DNA of 64,000 nt. It comes from an uncultured Chloroflexia bacterium. GTDB taxonomy: Bacteria > Chloroflexota > Limnocylindria > Limnocylindrales > CSP1-4. Location of the stretch: assembly GCA_963794525.1 (NCBI GenBank), contig CAWCEC010000005.1, positions 37,471 to 101,470 of the forward strand, read 5' to 3'. The position numbers were made by a program, and so were the translations under genes. Positions 1 through 10,124 of the stretch are shown here, piece after piece. The notes under the pieces were generated by a model that was not told the origin of the DNA, did no database searches, and worked only from the letters and a program-made list of their open reading frames with translations. How positions within the stretch are numbered: the stretch's first letter is position 1; each line of letters opens with the position of its first letter.

Positions 1-690
1 ATGGCGGAGGCCTCGGTCGTGCCGGCGGCGGCCGCCATCCCACTCCCCGACGGCGTCGACCCGGCGGCTGCGGCGCTGATCGGCTGCTGCGTCACGACGG
101 GCGTGGGTGCGGTGCTGAAGACCGCGGCCGTGCCGGCCGGGTCGTCGGTGGCGGTGATCGGCCTGGGCGGTGTCGGGCTGTCGGTCGTGATGGGCGCCGT
201 GATCGCGGGCGCGTCTCGGATCGTCGCCATCGACCGGGTGGCAGCGAAGCTGGACGTCGCCCGATCGGTCGGGGCGACGGACGGGCTGCTCGCAGACGTC
301 GACGCCGCGTCGACGGTCGCGGCCCTTCGCGACCTGACCGATGGCGGCCCCGATCTCGTGTTCGAGGCGATCGGCCGGCCATCCACGGTCGAGCTGGCGA
401 TCGCCGCGTTGCCGGCCGGGGGCACCGCGGTGTTGGTCGGGATGACCCCGATCGGTGAGCGCGCCTCGTTCGAGGTCTACCCGTTCGTCGACGGCTCGCG
501 CCGGATCCTCGGCTCCAACTACGGTTTCGCGGAACCGGCCATCGACTTCCCCAGGTATGCCGGATGGGTCGCCGACGGGCGACTGCCGGTCGACCGCCTC
601 ATCGACCGCCGGATCGGGCTCGATGACGTCGAGGACGCGTTCGCGGCGATGCGCGATGGCCGCTTCGTGCGCCAGGTGATCGAGTTCTAG
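1..690 (+). CDS. Zn-dependent alcohol dehydrogenase family protein, C-terminal fragment (5' end outside window)
   Basis: The ORF is open from base 1. It has the Rossmann motif VAVIGLGGVGLS and the C-terminal layout typical of MDR-family dehydrogenases. Stop TAG at 688-690. Confidence 0.8.
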   Translation: MAEASVVPAAAAIPLPDGVDPAAAALIGCCVTTGVGAVLKTAAVPAGSSVAVIGLGGVGLSVVMGAVIAGASRIVAIDRVAAKLDVARSVGATDGLLADVDAASTVAALRDLTDGGPDLVFEAIGRPSTVELAIAALPAGGTAVLVGMTPIGERASFEVYPFVDGSRRILGSNYGFAEPAIDFPRYAGWVADGRLPVDRLIDRRIGLDDVEDAFAAMRDGRFVRQVIEF

Positions 691-705
691 ATCAGAACGT
701 GGACA

Positions 706-2094
706 TCACGGACTAGACGCGAGATCCTCGTCGGGCGGGGGCAGGACCGGCGGCGAGGGCTCTTCGATCGGCGGCAGGAGCTGGCCACCGGTGATCAGGC
801 GCGTGCCGCGGCCATGGGTGATGAACGACCAGGCCCAACGTACGAGCACGACGAGCCGGTTCGCGAAGCCGATGAGGTACGCGATGTGGATCCCGAGCCA
901 CAACAGCCACGCGGTGAACCCGCCCTGCTGGCCCAGCGGGCCCAGCCACGGGATATCGGTCACCCCGGAGAGCCGGCCGATGACCGCCACGTCGCCGTGG
1001 TTGCTGTAGCGGAACGGCTCCCACGGTCGACCTAGGATCCGGCGCCGGATGACCTTGGCCGCGTACGAGCCGCCCTGGATGCCACCCTGCGCCACGCCAG
1101 GTGTCGGGCGATCCGCTTTCCACGGTTGGACCGCGGCATCGCCGACCACGAAGATCTCCGGGTGGCCGGGCACGGTCAGATCGGGTTCGACGAGGACGCG
1201 CCCATTCCGGTCGGTCTCGACGCCGGCCGCGGCGGCGACCTTGCGCGCGAACGACGACGCGATGACGCCGGCACCCCAGAGCACGGTCCGCGTCGGGATC
1301 AACTCCTCGGGCGCGTCGCGATCGGCAGATGGCCTCACCCGCACCGACTCCTCGTCGATATGGGTGACCGTGGTGCCGAGACGGACGGTGACACCGAGCC
1401 GTTCGAGCTGCTTCGCGGCGGACCTGGACCGACCTGGGGGGTAGGTAGGCAGGATGCGATCCATCGCCTCGACGAGGATGATCCGGGCATCGGCAGGGTC
1501 GATCGCCCGGAAATCGCGCTTGAGCGTGTCTCGCGCGATCTCGCCCAGGGAGCCTGCGAGCTCGACGCCGGTCGGGCCGCCGCCGACCAGCACGAAGGTC
1601 ATCCACTCGCGGCGCCGGTCCGGATCAGCTTCCCGTTCCGCCGCCTCGAACGCGATGAGCACGCGTCGTCGCACCTCGATGGCGTCCTCGAGGGTCTTCA
1701 ATCCCTGGGCATGGTTCGCCCAGTCCTCGTGGCCGAAGTAGGTGTGATGTGCGCCGGTCGCGACGATCAGCGTGTCGTACGCGATGGGGCCGCCGTCGGA
1801 GACATGAACCTCGCGCTTGTCGACATCGATGCCGACGGCTTCGCCGAGGATGACCGTCGCGTTGCGCTGGCGCGAGAGGATCGAGCGCAGCGGCTGGGCG
1901 ATCTCGCCGGGTGATAGCGCGCCGGTGGCGACCTGGTACAGCATCGGCTGGAACAGGTGGAAGTTCCGGCGGTCGAGCAGCGTGACGGCGACCTCTGGGT
2001 CGCTCCTGAGGCTACGGGTCGCGTACAGGCCGGCGAACCCGCCGCCGACGATGAGGACTCTGTGTCGTGCCCGCTCTCGTGGGCCGCCGGTCAC
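706..2094 (-). CDS. ndh: Type II NADH dehydrogenase (NDH-2)
   Basis: 462-aa ORF with two dinucleotide-binding motifs (VLIVGGGFAGL, FVLVGGGPTGVELAG). The GTG start overlaps the stop of the upstream ORF (GTGA). Confidence 0.9.
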   Translation of the reverse strand: MTGGPRERARHRVLIVGGGFAGLYATRSLRSDPEVAVTLLDRRNFHLFQPMLYQVATGALSPGEIAQPLRSILSRQRNATVILGEAVGIDVDKREVHVSDGGPIAYDTLIVATGAHHTYFGHEDWANHAQGLKTLEDAIEVRRRVLIAFEAAEREADPDRRREWMTFVLVGGGPTGVELAGSLGEIARDTLKRDFRAIDPADARIILVEAMDRILPTYPPGRSRSAAKQLERLGVTVRLGTTVTHIDEESVRVRPSADRDAPEELIPTRTVLWGAGVIASSFARKVAAAAGVETDRNGRVLVEPDLTVPGHPEIFVVGDAAVQPWKADRPTPGVAQGGIQGGSYAAKVIRRRILGRPWEPFRYSNHGDVAVIGRLSGVTDIPWLGPLGQQGGFTAWLLWLGIHIAYLIGFANRLVVLVRWAWSFITHGRGTRLITGGQLLPPIEEPSPPVLPPPDEDLASSP

Positions 2095-2693
2095 GCCGCC
2101 GGCGAGTCGTCAGGGTCTCGCGAGCCGCCGACGACGATGGCACGACGGGGCCGTGCCACGGAGGGGCGAGGTGCCGCCGGTCGACCCGGCACCTCGGTCA
2201 TCGCGGCCACGTCGGGGACTGCCACGCGGTCCTGCTCGAGGTCCTCTTCCGTATTCCACCCAACCCACTCGTCGCTCTGCTCGACCCAGATCTCCGGGGC
2301 GCGGTCGATGTGGGAGATCGGGCGCGGGCGACCCGCCGCGACAGGGTGCCCGCCGAGGTCGAGCCCAGGGCCGACCGGGGTCAGCCGCACCGGACCGGCG
2401 GGGTGCGTATCGACGACCTCGAGCTCGCCTTCCAGCGGCAGGGCGTCACACCGGTAGCAGCGGGACAAGCGCAGGGCGTTGACTGACCGACAGTTGGCGC
2501 AGACCCACATCGCCGATGGGTCGAGGCCGCGCAGCCGCATCCGCATGGTGCGCGGCTGCACCACAAATCGATAGAGGAGCCAGCCCGCGGTGGGTCCGCC
2601 CAGCAGGATGATGGCCATGATCACAGGCGGGACCGCCCCGATCCCCGCACGAATGGTGTCGATCAGTTGGCCGATGTCGAATTGCACGCTCAC
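2091..2693 (-). CDS. Membrane-anchored zinc-ribbon protein (RanBP2-type CxxC...CxxC), function unknown
   Basis: 200-aa ORF with an N-terminal hydrophobic helix (PPVIMAIILLGGPTAGWLLY) followed by WVCANCRSVNALRLSRCYRCD. Its stop overlaps the ndh start. Confidence 0.6.
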   Translation of the reverse strand: MSVQFDIGQLIDTIRAGIGAVPPVIMAIILLGGPTAGWLLYRFVVQPRTMRMRLRGLDPSAMWVCANCRSVNALRLSRCYRCDALPLEGELEVVDTHPAGPVRLTPVGPGLDLGGHPVAAGRPRPISHIDRAPEIWVEQSDEWVGWNTEEDLEQDRVAVPDVAAMTEVPGRPAAPRPSVARPRRAIVVGGSRDPDDSPAA

Positions 2694-2802
2694 GCCCCCT
2701 GCACGTCCCTAGACTACACCGGACCGGCCCGATGTCACGCATCGAATCGAGCCGGGCACGAACCGGTGCGCAGCGGCACCGACGGTGCCAGAGCGCGCCG
2801 CG

Positions 2803-5592
2803 CTACTTGTCGCGTTCGGCCGCCGAAGTGAGCGCCGCTTGGGCCGCGGCGAGGCGGGCGATCGGCACGCGGAAGGGCGAGCACGAGACGTAGTCGAGCC
2901 CGAGTGCCTCGCACTTGAAGATCGATGCCGGGTCACCGCCGTGCTCGCCGCAGATGCCGACCTCGAGGTCGGGGCGGGTGGCGCGGCCCTTGTCGACCGC
3001 GATCTTCATGAGCCCCGCGATCGCGTCGTCCAGGGTCTGGAACGGGTTGGCCGGCAGGATGCCGTCCTCGACGTACTTGAGGAGGAAGCCGCCCTCGGCA
3101 TCGTCGCGGCTGTAGCCGAACGTCATCTGCGTCAGGTCGTTCGTGCCGAAGCTGAAGAATGCGGCGTCCTTGGCGATCTCATCGGCGACGAGCGCACCGC
3201 GCGGGACCTCGATCATCGTGCCGAACTTGTAATCGACATCGACTCCGCCGGCGGCGGCCTCGACCGCCTGGACCTCGGCTTCGAGCAGCTCCTTCGTCCG
3301 CTTCAGCTCATTGGGGTGACCGACCAGCGGGATCATGATCTTGGCGATCGGGTTCCCGCCGGCGCGCTTCACCGCGATCTGGGCGTTGAGGATGGCCCGC
3401 GTCTGGACCTTCACGAAGTCCGGGATCATCAGCCCGAGGCGAACGCCGCGCAGCCCGAGCATCGGGTTCTGCTCGTGCATCGACTTGATCGTCGCGAGCA
3501 GCTCCTTGTCTTCCTCGCTTGCTCCGCCGGCGCCCTCGGCCCGGGTCACCTTGACGAGCTGCTCTTCGAGGTTCGGCAGGAACTCGTGGAGCGGCGGGTC
3601 GATGAGGCGGATGACGACCGGCAGGCCGTCCATCGCTTTGAAGATGCCCTCGAAGTCGCCCTGCTGGAGGACTTCGAGCTTGGCCATCGCGGCATCGAAC
3701 CGGGCGATCGCCTCCTCCGCCTCGCCGTCCAGTGTCTCGCCGGCGGCCCGCTTCTCCTTGGCACGCGTGGCCTGGTTGGCGACGAGGATCGCGTCGCGCA
3801 CGATCTCGAGGCGGTCGCCCTCACGGAACATGTGCTCGGTCCGGCACAGGCCGATGCCCTCGGCGCCGTAGCCCCGGGCCTGGGCGGCCTCTTCGGGCTT
3901 GTCGGCGTTGGTCCAGACACCCATCCGCCGGATCTCGTCGGCCCAGCCGAGGAGCTTCTGGAGCTCGGGCTGGTCCTCGAACCTGGCGCTGATGGTGGGG
4001 AGCGCGCCTTCGTAGAGGGCGCCCGTCGTGCCGTCGAGGCTGACCCAGTCACCTTCCTTGAACTGGGTGCCGGTGACATTGCACTTGGCCTGCTTGCCAC
4101 CGTAGTCGACGAGCAGGTCGGCAGATCCGGCGACGCACGGCTTCCCGATCTGGCGGGCAACGACCGCGGCGTGGCTGGTCGCGCCACCACGGGCCGTGAT
4201 GATGCCCTGGCTCACGGCCATGCCGTGGAAGTCGTCGGGCGAGGTCTCGATGCGGACGAGGATGACCTTCTCGCCGTTGTTCACCCATTCGACAGCGGTG
4301 TCGGCGTCGAACACAGCTCGGCCGACCGCGGCGCCGGGTGACGCGTTCAGGCCGTTGACGATCTTGGTGGCGTTCGCGAGGGCCTTCGGATCGAAGGTGT
4401 CGCGGAGCAGCTGATCGACGTGCGCGGGCTCGATGCGGGCGATCGCCTCTTCCTTGGTGATCGTGCCCTCGGCGACCATGTCGGTGGCGATGCGCACCGC
4501 CGCGGCCGCCGTCCGCTTCGCGGACCGCGTCTGCAGCATGTACAGGCGGCCGCGCTCGATCGTGAACTCGAGGTCCTGGACGTCGCGGTAGTGCGACTCG
4601 AGCTGCTGCCCGATGCGCTGGAACTCGGCGTAGACCTCGGGCATGTCGGTCTGCATCTGCGAGATCTTCGGGGCGGTCCGGATGCCGGCCACCACGTCCT
4701 CGCCCTGGGCGTTCGTGAGGTATTCGCCGAACAGCGTCTTCTCACCGGTGTTGGGGTCCCGCGTGAACGCGACCCCGGTCCCCGAGTCCTCGCCCATGTT
4801 GCCGAACACCATCGTCACCACGTTGACCGCGGTACCGAGGTCGTCGGCGATGGCCTGGTTCTTGCGGTAGTCGCGGGCGCGCTTGCCGAACCAGCTGGCG
4901 AAGACCGCCTTGATCGCGAGATCGAGCTGCTCGTACGGGTCGTCCGGGAAGTCGCGGCCGGTGTCGGCCTTGACGATCGACTTGAACTCGGCGACGAGGT
5001 CCTTGAGCGCTGCGGCATCGAGGTCGGTGTCCTGCATGGCGCCGTGGCGCTCCTTGGCCGCCTCGAGTGCGTGGTCGAAGCGCTCGCCGCTCACCTCCAT
5101 CACGATCCGGCCGAACATCTGGATGAACCGGCGGTAGGCGTCCCAGCCGAAGCGATCGTTGCTGGTGAGTGAGATCAGGCCCTGCAGCGTTTCCTCGTTC
5201 AAGCCGAGGTTGAGGACCGTGTCCATCATCCCGGGCATAGAGAACTTGGCGCCCGAGCGGACACTCACCAGGAGCGGGTTCGCCGCGTCGCCGAAGCCCT
5301 TACCGGTGCGCTCCTCGACCTGGCGCATCGCGTCGAGGACGTCGTCCCACAGCCCGTCGGGCAGTCGCTCGCCGGCGGCGAAGTAGTCGTTGCATGCCTC
5401 GGTCGTGATCGTGAACCCGGGTGGCGTCGGGAGGCCGGCCTTGGTCATCTCCGCCAGCCCTGCGCCCTTGCCGCCAAGCAGGTCGCGCATCGTCGCGTTG
5501 CCCTCGGCCCCGCCGTCGCCCCAGGCGTAGATGTAGCGCTTGGTCGCCTTGTGGGCGCGGTCCGCGGTCGCGGCGGGCGTGGTCGTCGTCAT
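2803..5592 (-). CDS. ppdK: Pyruvate, phosphate dikinase
   Basis: 929-aa uninterrupted ORF. It has the phosphohistidine swivel motif GGATSHAAVVARQIGKPCV and the C-terminal PEP/pyruvate domain motif GICGEHGGDP. Confidence 0.97.
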   Translation of the reverse strand: MTTTTPAATADRAHKATKRYIYAWGDGGAEGNATMRDLLGGKGAGLAEMTKAGLPTPPGFTITTEACNDYFAAGERLPDGLWDDVLDAMRQVEERTGKGFGDAANPLLVSVRSGAKFSMPGMMDTVLNLGLNEETLQGLISLTSNDRFGWDAYRRFIQMFGRIVMEVSGERFDHALEAAKERHGAMQDTDLDAAALKDLVAEFKSIVKADTGRDFPDDPYEQLDLAIKAVFASWFGKRARDYRKNQAIADDLGTAVNVVTMVFGNMGEDSGTGVAFTRDPNTGEKTLFGEYLTNAQGEDVVAGIRTAPKISQMQTDMPEVYAEFQRIGQQLESHYRDVQDLEFTIERGRLYMLQTRSAKRTAAAAVRIATDMVAEGTITKEEAIARIEPAHVDQLLRDTFDPKALANATKIVNGLNASPGAAVGRAVFDADTAVEWVNNGEKVILVRIETSPDDFHGMAVSQGIITARGGATSHAAVVARQIGKPCVAGSADLLVDYGGKQAKCNVTGTQFKEGDWVSLDGTTGALYEGALPTISARFEDQPELQKLLGWADEIRRMGVWTNADKPEEAAQARGYGAEGIGLCRTEHMFREGDRLEIVRDAILVANQATRAKEKRAAGETLDGEAEEAIARFDAAMAKLEVLQQGDFEGIFKAMDGLPVVIRLIDPPLHEFLPNLEEQLVKVTRAEGAGGASEEDKELLATIKSMHEQNPMLGLRGVRLGLMIPDFVKVQTRAILNAQIAVKRAGGNPIAKIMIPLVGHPNELKRTKELLEAEVQAVEAAAGGVDVDYKFGTMIEVPRGALVADEIAKDAAFFSFGTNDLTQMTFGYSRDDAEGGFLLKYVEDGILPANPFQTLDDAIAGLMKIAVDKGRATRPDLEVGICGEHGGDPASIFKCEALGLDYVSCSPFRVPIARLAAAQAALTSAAERDK

Positions 5593-5823
5593 GTGGGCGG
5601 GGCCTCCGGGGGGCGACGGGCGAACAGCCCGCGGGCGAGGGTCGGACGGTGCCGCGATTGTACGTCGTGGTCGACTCCAACCCGGTGGGAGGAGGCAAGT
5701 CGGTCGTTCGGCCCATCCAAGCGGGCTGCCATCTCGGCATCTTCCTCGGCAGTTCGACCGATGACGTCACGCGCTGGCCGGACCACCGTTGTCGGAGTCC
5801 TTGGGCACGCGATGGAGGATCCG

Positions 5824-6024
5824 ATGAACCCGAAGCAGTACGAATGGCTCGCTCTCGAGCGCGGCAACGAACTTCGCCGAGACGCGGCCGGTCATGGCGT
5901 CCTGACCGCGGCCGGATGGCCGACCGCCGAACGTCGCCGGCTTGTCGTCGCCGCGGATGTTCGGAAGGCGCTCGTGCGGGTGGCGCGTGCGCTCAGAGCC
6001 GGACGACTCCTGTGGGAGGACTGA
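5824..6024 (+). CDS. Small hypothetical protein (66 aa)
   Basis: ATG preceded by GGAGG at 5-nt spacing. The sequence MNPKQYEWLALERGNELRRDA... has non-shadow-like composition. No family recognised. Confidence 0.3.
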   Translation: MNPKQYEWLALERGNELRRDAAGHGVLTAAGWPTAERRRLVVAADVRKALVRVARALRAGRLLWED

Positions 6025-6047
6025 TGCCCGACGCCGCGATTCGATGG

Positions 6048-8943
6048 CTAGTGCGGGACGGGGCTGCGATCCACGTTGCTGGCCCAGGTCGCGATCTCGG
6101 CGCGGCGCGACGCGCCGAGCTTGGCGAGGATGTGCTCGACGTGTGAACTCGCGGTCTTCGGGGCGATCCCGAGGGAGTCGGCGATCTCCGCGTTCGTCAG
6201 GCCCTCGGAGATCAGCCGAGCGACCGCGAATTCGCGGGCGGTCAACGGCCGCCACGGCTCGTCGACCGCCACGCGCCCGCGAGCCATCCGCTGGAGCGCA
6301 TCCGCGCGGTCGGCCACTGGCCGCGAATTGAGACGCGACGCAACCGTGCGCACCTCGACCGCGAGGGATAACGCCTCTGCGAAACGGTTGGAACGGATCA
6401 GACACTGGGCCAGGTCGAGCCGCGCCCAGGTCGCCTCCCAGATCCGCCCCATCGCGTCCCAACCAGCGACGGCTGTCTCCAAGGCGGTCCTGGCGACGCC
6501 CGTCGCGCCGTCCGCCATGGCGACCAGGCCTCGGCCGTGCTCGAGGGCAGCATCCGCCACGCCGGAGACGTCGTTCACGTGAGCCGCGATCTCGTCAAAC
6601 CAGGTGGCCGCCGCGGCGGGGTGTCCGGCGGCCAGCTCGGCGCGGACACCGGTCACGACGAAGGGCACGAGCAGGGTCCTCTCGCCGACGGCCCGCGCCC
6701 GCTCGAGCGCATCCTGGCAGAGCGCGGCGGCCCGGTTCGGGTCGGCCCGCTGGAGCGCGACCTCCGCCAGGCCCCAGAGCGGTGGCATGACGAGATCGAG
6801 GGACTCGCTCCGCTCACCGAAGGCCAGCGCCGCCTCCAGCTCCGTGCTCGCCTCATCCAGATCGCCTCGACCCAACGCCACGTAGCCAAGCGCCCATCGC
6901 GCCGTCTCGGCGGCACGGCGACAGCCATGGTCCGCTACGGCCTGACGCGCCTGGTCGGCTGCGTCCGACCAGCGGGCAGCGGCCCACGACACCATCGCGC
7001 CGGTCGCGCTCATGACATGCGCGCAATGCGACTGCTCGATCGAGTCGGCGTAGCGGAGTCCCTCGTTGATCCAGCGTGTGGCTCCCCCATAGTCCATGGC
7101 TCGCGCGGCCAGGGTTGCCGCATCACGGAACGCCGACACGCCGGTTTCCTCATAACCAGCTGCCTCGGCACCATGGGCGGCGTCGCCAACGCGCCTCATC
7201 CCGGCGGCGATGTCACCGGCGACCACGTCGACCACGCCTTCCTTCCAGTCGACCGTCAGCAAGATGTCCGCATCGCCGATGCCTTCGCCGAACTCGCGCG
7301 CCGTGGCGAGCCACTCGCGGGCTTCCGTCACTGCGCCGGCGTCGGTCTGGATGATGGCGAAGTAGATCGCCACCAGTGCCCGAACGGGGGCTGATCTCGC
7401 GTCGTCCGTGAGCCCGTCGAGCTCTGCCCACAGGTTTTCGGCCAGCGCGAGGCGCTCGCGAGATGCCACGGGCCTCGCGCCGCCAGGTCGTGAGAACGGC
7501 TTCCATGGATGCTACCGCCCGAATCGACTCCCCGGCCTCGCGGAAGGCGGCGGCAGCATCCCACGCCGCCTGTTCCGCGAGCACGTTCTCCTCGATGGCG
7601 CTTGCTTCCTTGCTGAAGGCGTCGAGGATCTCGCCACGTTCGGACGGGCCGATGTCGTCGGGCATGTTGTCGATCGTGCGCCGATACAGCTCGAACGCCT
7701 CGCGATGGGCCGAAAGGCGGGCCGCGTCGCGCGCGCCAGCGAGCGCCGCCTCGAATGCCAGCCGACGCAAACCCGCACGCTCGTAATGCAGCGACGAATG
7801 GATCTCGGATTGGCCCTCGAGACGTGCCCCGAATTCTCCGGCCCGTGCGTGGATCCGGCGCCGCTCGGCCAGCGGAACGCTGCGATAGATCGCATCACGC
7901 AGGAGCTGGTGCTGGAAGTCGAACACGCCGCGCGCACCTGGCGGATAGAGGACGAAGTGGTCCACCAGCTCCTGGAGGGGAGACTCGATCGACTCGGTAT
8001 GGCAGTTCCATGATGCCGGCCAGCACCTCCGAACTGAAGCAGCGCCCGACGACCGCGCCGGCCCTCGCGACGGCCTGGGCATCGACCGATCGATGCGACA
8101 GCCGCGCCAGCACCGCGTCCTCGATCGTGTCAGGCACGGTCGCCTCGCGAACGGCGAGTCCGTTCGCACGAGCCTCGGCGCTGAGCGCCCCGAGCAGCTC
8201 CTCGATGTGGAGCGGGAAGCCGTCGGTGCGCTCGTAGACCGCCGACGCGACCTCGCGTGGGGCGGGGAGTCCCGTATCGAGGAGCAGCGTCGTGACCAGC
8301 GCCGTATCACTCGGCGAAAGCGGCGACAGTCGGACCTCCTCGGCGATCCGCTGGGTCAGGAGACGCGAGCGCCAGTCGCGCAGGCTCGTCCCCGGCGGCG
8401 CCTCGTCGGAGCGGTAGCCGCCCGCGAGCATGAGCTGACGATCCTTGGAGCGACGGGCGAGCTCGCCGAGGATCTCGAGGCTCAGGTCATCGACCCACTG
8501 CAGGTCGTCGAACTCGAGCAGCGTCGGGCCCGGCAGTCCAGCCTAGGATCCGCTCGACGATATCCATGACGAGCTGTCGTCGACGCGGCACTTGATCTGC
8601 ATCGAGCGTGGCGTCGCGCAGGGCAAGCAGATCGCGCCCGAGCTCCGCGAAGATCGGCTGCCGCAGCATCGTGCGGGCCAGATCCAGGATCGGGGCGGCC
8701 GGGACATCCCGGTCCTGCGGGGCGACCCACCCCCACGAGACCACGAAACCGCGCTCCGTGGCCTTTCGGTCGATCGCATCGAGGATAGCGGCTCTTGCCG
8801 ATGCCGGCCTCGCCAGCGACGAGCAGGAATTGGCCCCGGCCGGCGACAACGCCATCGAGGCGTCGATCGGCGAGCTCAAGGAGATCGTCCCGTCCGATCA
8901 GGAGCGGGCAGCGGACCGGGCCAAGCGCGGCATCCATCGCCAC
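6048..8943 (-). pseudogene. LAL/MalT-like STAND regulator (AAA ATPase - TPR-like - LuxR HTH), reading frame broken at least 4 times
   Basis: Walker A LLVAGEAGIGKS lies at the N-terminus (8482..8943 frame). Contiguous homologous pieces follow in frames 8487..8879, 7895..8431, 7213..8310 and 6048..7469. The C-terminus is a LuxR HTH (LTAREFAVARLISEGLTNAEIADSLGIAPKTASSHVEHIL). Confidence 0.8.
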
Positions 8944-9070
8944 CGAAGTGTAGGGCGGGTTCGTCCGACGTCATCGGTCGTTCGACCGATGACGGGGGTC
9001 GTCGGCGGGCCGACAGTCACCGACCACAAGCCCGGCTGCGCGGTCGGGCACAGGGGGCAGGAGGCGATCG

Positions 9071-9319
9071 ATGGCGAAATTCATGGATGTGCATTCGGGC
9101 TTTTTCGGCGTGACGGCCGGCCAGCTCGACGAGGCGCACGGGCGCGACCTGGCGATCGAAGGCGATGAGGGCGTGCATTTCGAGCGCGCCTGGCTCGATC
9201 CAGAGGCCGGGAAGGTGTTCTGCCTGTCGAGCGGGCCGTCGCGCGAATTGGTCATGCGGGTGCATGAGCGCGCCGGCCATCCGACCGGCGAGGTCTACGA
9301 GCTCACGGTGGAGGTCTGA
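9071..9319 (+). CDS. DUF4242 (SCO4226-like) small protein
   Basis: 82-aa ORF MAKFMDVHSG...GKVFCLSSGPS...VHERAGHPTGEVYEL matches my recollection of the DUF4242 pattern. Confidence 0.7.
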   Translation: MAKFMDVHSGFFGVTAGQLDEAHGRDLAIEGDEGVHFERAWLDPEAGKVFCLSSGPSRELVMRVHERAGHPTGEVYELTVEV

Positions 9320-9320
9320 C

Positions 9321-9848
9321 ATGCGACGACTCGCGATCGTGATCACGCTGGCGACGGCGATGACGGTGCTTTGCCTGGGCGTAGCCGTCGCCGCCAGCGC
9401 TCAGTCGGACGTCCTCAAGACGGTCCATACAGTGACGGCCCGTTTCCAGTCGCTCCGCCAGGCGGTAAGAGCAGGCTATGTCCCCTTCTACGTCTGTACC
9501 GAGCAGCCGGGCGTCGGCACGATGGGCCAGCACTACGTCAACTTCGACCTGGTCGGCGACCCGGCGATCGACCCGCTCCGTCCAGAGGCGCTCGTGTACG
9601 AGCCTCAGGCCAACGGGAAGTACAGGCTCGTCGCGCTCGAATGGGTGCGCGTCGGGCCGGTCACGAACCCGGCACCACGGGTCCTTGGCGTGCCGATGCT
9701 CCATATCGCCTCGGGCAACCGGTACGGGATCGAGCCGGACGGCTTCTACGAGCGACACTACTGGCTGTACAAGTCGAATCCGCTCGGCAGGTTCGCCGAT
9801 TGGAACCCGCGGGTGTCGTGCCGCGGCAACGGGGACAACGGCGGCTGA
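9321..9848 (+). CDS. Secreted hypothetical protein
   Basis: ATG lies 1 nt after the DUF4242 stop. Signal peptide MRRLAIVITLATAMTVLCLGVAVAASA-QS followed by a 150-aa mature part. No family recognised. Confidence 0.65.
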   Translation: MRRLAIVITLATAMTVLCLGVAVAASAQSDVLKTVHTVTARFQSLRQAVRAGYVPFYVCTEQPGVGTMGQHYVNFDLVGDPAIDPLRPEALVYEPQANGKYRLVALEWVRVGPVTNPAPRVLGVPMLHIASGNRYGIEPDGFYERHYWLYKSNPLGRFADWNPRVSCRGNGDNGG

Positions 9849-9926
9849 TCCGTCGGAAGCACTGGTATCTCACATGCCGCCGGGTCGTTCCGGCGGGAGT
9901 GAGCCATAGATCGGAGTACCAAAGAC

Positions 9927-10058
9927 ATGAATCGAACGCGACGCAGTCGGGCTGCAACGAGGGCGGCCATCATCGTCCTCATGCTCGTCCTTGGAACAGC
10001 GCTGGCGCCTGTGGCAACGGCGGCTCCTGGCACTACCCCGAGCAGCCAAGTGCGCTGA
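9927..10058 (+). CDS. 43-aa ORF with N-terminal Arg-rich/hydrophobic signal-like segment (MNRTRRSRAATRAAIIVLMLVLGTALAPVATA-APGTTPSSQVR)
   Basis: Not in the ORF track because it is under 60 aa. GGAG lies 10 nt upstream of the ATG and a GC-rich hairpin lies 13 nt after the TGA. It sits in its own intergenic slot. Confidence 0.35.
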   Translation: MNRTRRSRAATRAAIIVLMLVLGTALAPVATAAPGTTPSSQVR

Positions 10059-10070
10059 GCATGATCTGCG

Positions 10071-10096
10071 GCGGGCGGGTCTGGGGGCCCGCCCGC
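10071..10096 (+). terminator. Putative intrinsic terminator hairpin after the 43-aa ORF
   Basis: GCGGGCGGG-tctggggg-CCCGCCCGC, a perfect 9-bp stem, followed by ttctc (a weak U tract, as is common in high-GC genomes). Confidence 0.4.
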
Positions 10097-10124
10097 TTCT
10101 CGCTGGCCGGGGCCGGGTACCATC

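Noticed and set aside
2785-4341. Long plus-strand ORFs antisense to well-identified minus-strand genes. Examples are 2785..4341 opposite ppdK, 33297..35228, 37566..39692, 40627..42102, 43609..45480 opposite glmS, 57334..59805 (823 aa) opposite secY/rplO, and 60659..62092.
   Set aside because: These are classic high-GC shadow ORFs with Arg/Ala/Gly/Pro/Asp-dominated composition and no recognisable motifs. Each fully overlaps a gene whose product is unmistakable on the other strand.
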